Below, in pieces: positions 53,031 to 64,000 of a stretch of 64,000 nt of DNA. This stretch comes from Octopus sinensis (taxonomy: Eukaryota): the NCBI RefSeq assembly GCF_006345805.1, contig NC_043011.1, positions 20,038,464 to 20,102,463 of the forward strand, read 5' to 3'. Position 1 is the first letter of the stretch. Every line of letters starts with the position of its first letter. Made by a program: the position numbers and the translations under genes. The notes beneath the pieces are model-generated. The model had not been told where the DNA came from, did not search any database, and worked only from the letters and a program-made list of their open reading frames with translations.

Positions 53031-55729
53031 TTGTGTCATACTTCAACTGTTTTTATTCTAAACTAGCAATCTGAGTCACGATTTCACATCGCACATCTTT
53101 CAGTGGGGTTCTTGTACTCATTACCGACTTTTTATCTTTTTTCTTGTTATGTCAGTGTCCTGGCTTATTGCAAAACTGTTAAATAACTCACTAGTTAAAT
53201 CGTTGTTTTAAGTCCCATTTTAGGGATCTGTTTTGTCTCTCAATTTATTTAAGCTAAATATTTAATTTAACTTGGCCATGCAGTTTTATATGATTTGATG
53301 AGAACGTGAAACGAGACGAAACAATAAGTAACAGAAGGGAACTATTGTAACAAACTTTTCATTAATACAATTCGGACCATATCATATGGCTTCCCTACTC
53401 ACACGCCGATATCAACATTATTTCATAGCGGCGGCGATATTACCTTAGCATTCGTCAGTAAGACAAACAGATCCAAGCCAACCACCAACACCACAAACAC
53501 TACCATACGCGATACTATCTCCACTCATGCTGAAGTTGACGACGGTGACATGGAGCCCAAAAAAATGTTATAGTGAAAGTTTAACGTCGTCAACAGATGA
53601 CAACGCCACTGCTGGAAGCCATATCTCTAGCACCATAGCATCACTGCTACTCTAAGATTAACAGTCTATAAAAGAACTGGAAACAGCCATAACAACACTA
53701 ACAAAAATATTACCATCGCCAGTATTAGCATCAGCCATAAAAACATTAAACTTTCATCATGTTCTTTAAAACGGGATCATGGTAAAATAATATACACGAC
53801 AATTCAATGTCGACAGGAATATTATGAGGTAAGTTCAACTATCCCTTTCACAATAGTGGCCAAGGATAATTCTTGGAGCGTTGCTATTAATATCACCTGA
53901 AGATTCGGCAAGCACGTAGATCTTTCTTTTTGCTCCAAGTGTTGAAGATAGGTTCGCATGATGATGAAAATGAAAGAAAACAAGAAAACGCAACATGAAT
54001 GTAGGAATCTTTTACGAGAGCACAAAACATCACTACAATTACCTCAGCAATAAGAACAACACCAAAAACATTACGTAATATAACTAAACTGACGACTCCA
54101 ACCACAGGAAAAGTCGCAAACACATCAACTACAACAGAAAAATAAGAACAAGAGGCATAACATTTTCTATAAGTGCAACAACAAAAGCCACCGAAAAAAA
54201 AACAACTAAAAAGAAAAAACAGTAAGCACAGCTAAAACAAAAACCAAGAGTAATAACGTTAGCATTGGCGCAGCCACATCAAACCTTAAATATTCTACCA
54301 ACCTTCTACTCAGCATCATTGCTGCACAAAAGAAACAATTGTTAGTTGATGGGGTAAATAAAATAGTTTATCACACTGGAAAACCTTACAACACCTCTTC
54401 ATGAAGGTAAATCCTGGTCAACTTTTCACATAGCATCAGAAGTTTTGGAAGTGCTTTTTAAGAGCTCCTTTCGTCAATAGCATCGAAATAACGATTCTTC
54501 AAAGTTAAGGTAATTTCCTGTTGGTTACTTGCTGGTTATTCACAATTTCAGGTAGTAGTCTACACAAAATAGAAGTTTGTGTTATACACAATCAATATTG
54601 ATACGTAGTGCAGACAGAAGTCTTGGTGTGAGAGGGATGTCCATGCCAGCCAACGTCGGTTAAACACTGGGGCAATCTTTCAGTTTAGTTTCTTGGAGGT
54701 TTGCTTCTCAACAGATTTCCGTGTGAATTATAATCAGGAATAGATTACGGGCAGTGGGGCCAATTTCATATTGGAATCGACTGAAACGAATCTGTGAAAC
54801 ATTAAAAGGTAGTGACGAATGCGCATGCATTGCTTCCGTTATTTGTTCAGCGATTCTTTTCATAGATCTTGTCTAACCAGGCTGAGGCAACCAATCTTCC
54901 CAATTCTTGTATAAGTAACATATATTATTTGCCAGACAAACTCTATATGAAAAACTGTATTTATTGAAAGTATTTATCTGTATATTACAGTCTTGTATAT
55001 TACAGTCTTTGTATATACCGTATTAAGCGACTCCCCGAAAATCTCTAACCTTGTTCTAGTTTAAGATATTATTAACATCAGGATAATAAAGACAGATTGA
55101 GGGAATCTTCAGAATATCAGACATAATGATTGAGTATTAGCAGCGCTGCACTCCGAACCGAATTCAAAATCCCTCCGATGTTACCTTCCACTTAAACTAC
55201 TACTGCCTCAGTTCTGTAGTGATATAGTCGATTGAAACCTCATCGCAAATTTGTAGTTTGAGTCTATGTAAGAAATTGTTATTACTGTGATGTTGCTATG
55301 GGGTACACATAAATGTCTAGATTAATGTAATACGGTGTATATTTTCGATGCGCTATGATGTATGTTTCTGTGGAGGGGGCATGTATCTGTGTGTGAGGGG
55401 AGGTGCGTGTGAGTGTGTTTGTATTTACTATTTAATATCTTCTATATATGTTCGTTGCTGTACGGTATCCCAGCAGATCCTGTTTCATTTCATCATTCTG
55501 TTCTCATAAATACATAGCAAGCAATTACAGCTTTCTTTTTAGTGGGCGATACACCTGCTCTTCCATTATAGTCGAGTATTAGATAGTAATTGACTTCATA
55601 TATAAAGTGACATATGTCGAAATGTAAATTTTGAAACTGCTATATCAGTTAATGATATTATTTACAATGTCAAGCCACTGATGCAACAGTTACTTTCTTC
55701 GTGTTGCAAAGAGCGTTCGCGTTGGGCAA

Positions 55730-57480
55730 CGAAGCTTGTTGGCAGTCATATCGCCGAATTATAGGATGTTTTTTTATTGCAATAACAGTCTTCACTATGA
55801 CACAAAGAAGATAATAAAAACAGACCGAATGATACGATGGGCCCAAAACATTATGCTATTTCTTAGAAATAGCGTAATATATTGCTGCAGAAGTCAACGA
55901 AATAGTCTCTAGGAATTTCAGCAGTTATCCGTTTTTAAAATGAATACAAAGGAAAGGCATTTTTAAAAGATTTGTAAGATACAGGGTAGCGTCCGTTTTG
56001 CTCAATATATATATATATATATTTATTGCCGTATTTCGTCAATAGACTCTTCGATTAGCAGTCTTTACTAGCACCAATTTCAGGACATCCGTATTATGTT
56101 TTATATCTGAAAAGAAACAAGTGTCATGTTAAGGGCGTAGGCAGCCATAATTAATAAATAGTGCACCAATAATGATATTACGAACCACCGAGGGGGCTCA
56201 AACATGGTCACTCGACTTTCTAAAAATAGAGGCTAAATTCATTCAAATTATTACAGGATAGCCCTAAAATGGCGAGTTGACCAAACATGGAATATAATTT
56301 AATCGTAGGTTAGATCAATCCGTGCTGTACTCGTGCTAGACAACTGCAACAAAAGCCAATATAAGAGTATCTCTACCAGAAACATGAAGTTAGAACTTGT
56401 AACGGTTCGATGGGAATCACTACTGTCGAGTAATGCTGTTAACTTTCTTCCTTATTTCTTGATAAAATTTTATTTCAACACATCTTTTAAAATAATATCG
56501 AATTAATTCGACAAATCAGTCGGATAAGAACCCCTACCATCTTTACAAACGATTCTAGTTAAATATAATTGCCATCTGATTGTAAAGTGTAAGATGATTC
56601 TGTATGCTTTTATATATGTAATTTTGTCGAAGCTGCATTATTGAAGGATGTGTAACAAAAATGTTGAAATAGCCTTATAAGGGAAAATAACATTAGTTAA
56701 AAGATATTCTAGAAGGAAAACTTAATGCTATTTTATCTTTCATGCATTCCTGGAAAGCATTAGATTCTTAATTCTTAAGCATACTAACACATTGCTGTAA
56801 GCAATTATGTAAACCTCATTCAATTGAAAAAGATTCAACAACGATATCTAAAGTTTTTAAAATTCATTTGAGTTTCTTACAGAATGTAATGGGGATATAC
56901 AAATTAGATGTTGCAGAAATGATAAAAAGTGATATTTGCCTAAATACATTCAATATTTTGTCTAGTTTGAAAACAAATTAAATAAACGATGCGACGATGA
57001 TTTTTCCCTTTAGTTATGAAGTTTTAAAACATTTTAAAGATTTACATGTTGTATAAACTAAGAGGATTACTAAAAACGTCAACGATTACATATTTGGAAA
57101 CAAATTGACTATAACAGAAAAATTCAAACATTTGACAAAATATCATACCTAATTTTTCTAAACAGTTAATTTCGAACTTGCCAGCCAAAAACATTAAAAC
57201 CTAAATTGGAAACCTAATTCTATAGTGGAGGACTTTTCAGTATGAGGCAACGTTAATTAGAAACAGTTATCAAAGGATTCATGTCCTCCTGTACAGATAG
57301 CAAATGATATATGGTCTTGAAAACTATTGACAATCACGAAGCTTGCTGGCAGTCATGTTGCCGAATTATGGGATGTTTTTTTTTCTCTCCTGAAACAATT
57401 TTACCTATTGCAATAACAGTCTTCACTACGACAAAGAAGATAATAAAAACAGACTGAATAATACGATGGGCCCAAAACAG
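55730..57480. repeat. ~120-140-bp diverged direct repeats ~1.6 kb apart
   Basis: cgaagcttg[t/c]tggcagtcat...attgcaataacagtcttcacta...gatgggcccaaaaca at 55730 and 57337. Confidence 0.8.
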
Positions 57481-58322
57481 CTTAGGTGTTTACAAAAGAG
57501 TCTCATTTGTGTTTTCAATTTTTGGCACATCAGGATACTGCGGACAATTTCTTAGCGTAATGAATTCTAAATGAAGAAATGAAACACACATGTTTGGTTG
57601 AATTAATATACTGTTAGTTTTTATATTTTATATATTTCAACTAACGGAGAGAATATTCAATTCACTTTTGCTGGGGAAAAAATACTTTCACTCTTTCGCT
57701 GAAATACATAGAAACCGAAGATAACAATATATTTGTATATGTTGTGAATTTTTTGTATTAATGAAATATTCGGTTAAATTCTGTAAGAATGTAGAAGTAA
57801 AAATAACTTTAGTAAATATATCACAAGCATTAGTCTAACTTAGGACTGTAGCGACAACATTTACAATTTCAACTATTATTAGTATTAGTTATTATTAGTA
57901 CAATGTCATTATTGTATATTTCTTAAGTTCAAAATTGTTTTGGTCCCACTTTCGTTGTTCTTGAAAATGCTGGCAACACTTAAGTAGGAATAACATATTT
58001 ACGTCTCAAGCAAACCCCATGGATTAAAGAGTGAAATGCCTTTAATTAGAATTCTGCTTGACTGAAGCTGATCTGGAGTTATCCATTCTATCTTTCAATT
58101 TACTTATTAGATATATATATTTGGTTATATGTATGCATAAAATGAATTATAATTATAAATATAAATATAAATTAATAATTTTAAATTTAAATAATTTATA
58201 TTTTAAGCATATTTTATATATTTTGTAAATTATATTAATTATTTTTATTTTTAAGTTTTGGTTTATGTTTTTCACTGTTTGATTTGCCTAATAGTGGTTT
58301 TATCTCTAATTTAATTTAAATT

Positions 58323-58406
<84 letters not shown>

Positions 58407-58521
58407 GTTTAAATATTTGTTGTGCAAGATTTTTTATGTGAAGTCGTGTTTTGAAACAGATATTGTTATATTGTTAAATTTATTGGCTGAACTGGCAAAA
58501 TGACCATTCCGAAATATAACA

Positions 58522-58580
<59 letters not shown>

Positions 58581-58589
58581 GATAGATAA

Positions 58590-58647
<58 letters not shown>

Positions 58648-58842
58648 GTATATAATTACACACACGCACAGACACACACTCACATGCACATATATAAGGG
58701 GGAGAAAAAGAAAGATAGAGGAGAAGGAGCGAGAATGAGGCAAATCGATAACGAGGAATTAAAAACCTTCCATATTTATGTTCGTGTATTTCTGTTTTTG
58801 TGTGAAGGTGTGTGTGCGTGTGCTCATATAAATGTATATATA

Positions 58843-59222
58843 AGTGGAAGTGGAAGCACTCCGTCGGTTACGACGATGAGGGTTCCGGTTGATCCGAATC
58901 AACGGAACAGCCTGCTCGTGAAATTAACGTGTAAGTGGCTGAGCACTCCACAGACACGTGCACCCTTAACGTAGTTCTCGGGGATATTCAGCGTGACACA
59001 GAGAGTGACAAGGCCGGCCCCTTGAAATACAGGTACAACAGAAACAGGAAGTAAGAGTGCGAGAAAGTTGTGGTGAAAGAGTACAGCAGGGATCACCACC
59101 ATCCCCTGCCGGAGCCTCGTGGAGCTTTTAGGCCTTTTCGCTCAATAAACACTCACAACGCCCGGTCTGGGAATCGAAACCGCGAGTCCGCTGCCCTAAT
59201 CACTGGGCCATTGCGCCTCCAC
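58843..59222 (-). mobile_element. Full-length tRNA-derived SINE (third family)
   Basis: Head gtggaggcgcaatggcccagtgattagggc...ggtttcgattcc (A/B boxes). Tail ...ggagtgcttccacttccac. Confidence 0.85.
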
Positions 59223-59591
59223 ATATATAAGTATGCATATGAATAAATGTATGTATTTCTGCATTTTTATAACAATATTTTTATTTATTAATCAGTTTCT
59301 AAAAGAGCTAACCATTTGGTCAGTACATTTCTGAAGAGCAGAGTGAAAACGCAGGGACTGCAACCAGTCCTTGTGCAAACAACTATTGCAACAGACATCG
59401 TTTACACTTTTCTCAAGCATATCAAAGAAATACACGCGAACAACAGACACACACACACACGCACACACACACACACGCACACACACACACAAACAGCATA
59501 CACGCACGCACACACATACACAGATACAAACGCTTGCGCACGCACGCACGCAAACAAACAATCATATGCATGCTATATATTTGTGTAAAAT

Positions 59592-60345
59592 TTCTTATTT
59601 CTTTACTGCCTACAAGGGGCTTAACACAGAGTGTACAAACAAGGACAGACAAACTGATTAAGTCGATTATATCGACCCCAGTGCGTAACTGCTACTTGCT
59701 TAATCGACCCTGAAGGATGAAAGGCAAAGTCGACAACGGCGGAATTTGAACTCAGAGCGTAGCGGCAGACGAAATACCTATTTCTTTACTTTACTACCCA
59801 CAAGGGGTTAAACACAGAGGAGACAAACAAGGACAGACAGACGGATTAAGTCGATTATATCAACCCCAGTGCTTAACTGGTACTTAATTTATCGACTCCG
59901 AAAGGATGAAAGGCAAAGTCGACCATGACAGAATTTGAACTCAGAACGTAACGGCAGACGAAATAGCTCTAAGCATTTCGCCCGGCGTGCTAACGTTTCT
60001 TATTTCTTTACTGCCTACAAAGGGCTAAACACAGAGCGAACAAACAAGGACAAACAAAGGTATTAAGTTGATTATACCGACCCCAGTGCGTAACTGGTAC
60101 TTGTTTAATCGACTCCGAAAGGCTGAAAGGCAAAGTCGACCTCGGCGGAATTTGAACTCAGAACGTAGCGTCAGGCGAAATACCTATTTCTTTACTACCC
60201 ACACGGGCTAAACACAGAGAGGACAAACAAGGACAGACAAATGGATTAAGACGATATGTCGACTCCAGTGCGTAACTGGTACTTATTTAACCGACTCCGA
60301 AAGGATGAAAGGCAAAGTCGACCTCGACGGAATTTGAACTCAGAA
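59592..60345 (-). mobile_element. Array of four ~180-220-bp SINE-derived tandem units
   Basis: Repeated caaggacagac..gattaagtcgattatatcgaccccagtgcgtaactggtact...ggcaaagtcgac...atttgaactcaga. Confidence 0.85.
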
Positions 60346-60499
60346 TTATCAAACAAAAAGCACATTCTGTTAGTTTTAAGAACATATGTTTTCCAAATCA
60401 ACATGAAATGAATCAGAATTATCAACATCAAAGCAAATGAACGTAAAAAAAATTATGCTCCTAATACTTAGCCTATATATTGATTTAAAGGAAAGAGGG

Positions 60500-62351
60500 C
60501 CGCTTTGATTTCCGTTTGTGCTGCACATCGAGACCATCATGTTTCAATGACCAGAAATAATCCGCCATCATACTGACATTCCATTAACCCTGGTATCGAG
60601 TTTCCATGCTCTTGATGGAACCGCTCTCCTTGTTCTTCACTGTAGACCCCACAATTCTTGGGGAAAATAGTCAAGATGCGAGTGCAAAAAAATTCATCAT
60701 CACACTCATTCTAGAACCAAATTGTTGGAAACTTGATGTCAGGTCTTGGATCATTTTTGCATATTCTGGGGAGCGGCTGTTTCTCAAGAAGTTTTGAACA
60801 ATCTATCTTGAGAGAAATCCAGGTATTCGCTTTGACACCTGCTAATGCTTCCTCAAAATGCTTGTCCCTCAATTCCCGAATCTGAGGGCCATAAAGATTC
60901 CTGCTTTTAGCTTCCTTCTCTTATACGAGGAAACTTTGACTCCAGGTGCTTGAAAGTAACTCCATTCTTGTTCAGGGCCTTCGCAAAATTTTTCATAAGC
61001 CCTAATTTGATGTGAAGTGGTTGCAGTAGAATTTGCAGAGGGGTCAACTAGTGGCACAGCTTTGACGTTGTGATTTCCGAGTAAGAAGCTAGTTCTTGGT
61101 GGCCAGTCTTTTTGTTCATAAAGCTAGCTGTCTGCATTACTATCCCAAAGACACAAAAAAACAGGGATACTTAGTGTATCCCCCTTGAAGACCCAGTAGG
61201 AGAGCAATAGCTTTTAAATCACCACAAGTGAGAAAATTAGGGTGGTACATGATTGCAGTTATTACTGCCTTCATATTTTCGTAAGTTTCTGGCATTTGAG
61301 CACTATGGTCAATTAGCACAGATGCAGCTGTGTTGCCATTGTAGAGAAGAACAGCCTTTAAACGTCTGTTAGACGAATCAATGAATAGCTTCTATTCATC
61401 TCCTTTGTACAACATCACCATGTGTTCAATAAGGCCAGGAATATTTGAACAGAAATCTAAAGAATCCTCTTCCTCAAAGAACTGATTGAATTCCGCTTCA
61501 CGATGACGGTATCGGTCGGGGTGTGTTGTTTCAGGAGCTAGAAGGAGTCTAAAGCCAAGTAAATGTACACTTTCTTTTGGAAGGTTGAAGTCTCTAACCA
61601 AATCATTGAGCTCAACTTCGTTGAAGAATCTGAGATCGTCATTTGTTGGTGGCTCATAGTCTACTTCCATTAGTATCACTAGTATCAGACTCTGATGACG
61701 TTTCCCGTGTCTCAGGTGACACAGGTACAGGAATATCATATCAGTGTGAAACAGGCCTTATTGCTGAAGGAATATTTGTGTATATTATACGATCTTTAGT
61801 CTTTTTGTTGAATCCAGCTACTAGTCATACAAAAGTAGCAGTCATCATAGTGATTCATCTGCTTCCTCCATACCATTCGTACTCCAAAGGGCATACATTT
61901 ACGTTTTCCAACTGACCACATTTGAAGCATACCGATGCAACTCTTGCAATCTTTGTGAAGTGGAAACGGCTTCTCCTGGTTTCCCAGTTTGCTGGCAAAA
62001 TAAGCTATACAACAGCGCTTCAACAAAGGAGTAATGTTGCTCCGGGAATCTGAACGGTTGAATTGCCCGCAGACAGAGCAGAATATATCTGGTGAATTGA
62101 TGCAGCCTCTAGACATATTCACAGACTGAAAATAAAGAAAACTATTAGATGTAACATTGAAGTCAATATAAGTTAAGCATTTTAATTTACCATTTACTTA
62201 TGTTATACAAAAAGAGAAAAGTAACGTTTCCGTATAACTTGAGAAGCTGATGTGATAGAGAAGAATAAAAAACACAATGACTCATTATTTTTCTTATATA
62301 TTCAGAAAAAAATATCATACAGCAAATAGAAAAAAATCATGCAGACCAGTG
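60500..62351 (-). mobile_element. Chapaev3-like (CMC superfamily) DNA transposon, pseudogenised
   Basis: FCSVCG...LGNQEKP..H..C..C..W...VWR..NHYDDCYFC; LFIDSS..LKAVLL; CGDLKAIALLLGLQGGYTKYPVFLCLWDS; LHIKLGL; GERFHQ; MMADYFWSL. Terminus CACTG (62347-62351, minus) followed by TTA. Left end not found. Confidence 0.8.
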
Positions 62352-64000
62352 TTATCTTGAGAAATGCAAATACATCATGTTATTCAATTTACTATACTCT
62401 TTAAATACATAGGGGAGATTTGCTTCCTCGAAGAGAAGAGCGAGCATTTCTCAAATATATGCATTCTTATATACACACATGACTGATTATATGGAAGAAT
62501 ATGATGATTTCCTTTTTATCGTATTCTAAAGTAAAAAAAATAAAACAAACATATGGTAAATGGGTTGTCATTGTATGCACAGTTTTAGTGTTTCCATGGA
62601 AATTGTTATAGATTCTACATGGAATGTTAGGAATAACATAGCAAAAGAATTAATCTAAAATTCTTCCACTAACTTAACAATTTTAGAACATATTTGTATT
62701 AACTATTATTCAATAAACATAAACATATTTTAGAAAGCATTTACTTCGTTTTTATATTAGAGAAACTTTATCGAATCTAATGTTAGAATCTCCGTGAAAC
62801 AAATGAAATGGACTGACCGAAACTGATCGATAATGATGTACAACAATCTAATATAATTAATGGATTTTACAGCTACAGGGCTTTCGGACATTACAGTCAA
62901 TTATAATAAATAAATTGTTCCATATATCATTGAACCTGTGATTGTGAGAATAATCTGAACAAGAATAATGCTGCAGTCATTCGAAGACGAGAAGTCTGAC
63001 AAATAAGTTGGAATACCAAAGGTCTATTATACTTCAGCTTAGGATAAAATATATTTATATGTATATGACTAGCTAGCTAGATAGACAGAGAGGATATAAA
63101 TATTTATGCATATACATGTATGTGTGTGTATGTGAGTGTGTTTCTGTGTGTGTATGCACGCATATACACAGACATATGTATTGTTTGTTCAATGTTCGAT
63201 GAACAGTGTTTCTATATATCTGGAACTACTTGCGCTCTCTGTGAAATAATATTCTTCAAAGTGAAATATCTTGTGTTCTTGTGGACATCGTTTATTTGTG
63301 AAATGATTCATTAGCACAAACTATTACACTTGTCTTATGTAAATACTTTTTCCATATGATAAATAGATTATTTATTTCCCAAATTGCATTAAATATAATC
63401 TGAATGAATGCGTAATTGTTATTTATATCACTGCAATATATATATTAGATTGTAGCCTGATGTTTCTGATGTTGTAGTCCTGCTTAAAAGCAGATATATT
63501 TTTACTGCTACAAACATCGCGATCTATGACTCTCTAGAACAGTATATTAGTAATTTTGTAGTCGTCCTTACTGCATTCACGCACTTAATTCCAGACCAGG
63601 ATCAGAATAACCTCGTAATTCATCAGCTTCTTTCTTAACATTCTTCCCAATCGAATAGTTCCCCGCCTCTTGAGACATTTCCTCGATGTGTTCTGGACAT
63701 ATCCGATTTTACATTAGTATATGTTTTGCTTTATATTAGGACTGATAAATTTCATGAGTATTTTATAACAATGGCAAAAGTAGAAAAGTTTCGACGTATC
63801 TACTCGGCCAAATTTAATTTCCTAATGAACAATAACAGAATCAACGTAGTAAATAATAATTATAAATTATAGATGAATAAATCATGGCAACGTTTGTAAA
63901 TTTTCTCTTCACAAACAGAATCTAAAAACTGGCAATAATTCAGCATAAATGATGTTCAGTGTCAGCTTTATAGTTGAAGGTAATAATTTAATTTATATAT

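Noticed and set aside
58843-59222. tRNA genes at SINE heads
   Set aside because: A/B boxes are present, but there is no complete cloverleaf and each head continues into a SINE body.
59592-60345. Regularly spaced repeats suggestive of a CRISPR array
   Set aside because: The whole units are homologous (no unique spacers), SINE-derived and in eukaryotic context.

Overview
AT-rich, repeat-saturated eukaryotic intergenic or intronic DNA. The SINE families and the (TA)n/(GATA)n load look like a coleoid cephalopod (Octopus-like); this rests on recognising the repeats, not on a search. I found no host protein-coding exon, and most ORFs in the supplied track are microsatellite translations. Recognisable content: a 5'-truncated RTE LINE with an uninterrupted RT ORF (47934-49496, -); a decayed Gypsy/Mag-like element with 5' LTR, PBS and gag-PR-RT-RH (26244-29480); remnants of Penelope-like elements (PLEs) from several clades; Chapaev3, mariner and Tc1-like transposon remnants; R4/Dong-like fragments; a TIR MITE; and about a dozen tRNA-derived SINEs. 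The most striking signal is a dense set of type I hammerhead ribozyme (HHR) motifs: about 17 motifs from about 10 dissimilar sequence contexts, most with a palindromic mini stem III and mostly next to (TA)n tracts or PLE remnants. The best case is a non-coding ~490-bp HHR unit (8012-10349) in circularly permuted, head-to-head arrays, where the plus arm starts within 1-3 nt of the predicted self-cleavage site. This suggests a retrozyme-like (circular RNA) retroelement mobilised by PLE machinery. A second, older ~336-bp family (22725-23680) has the same architecture.
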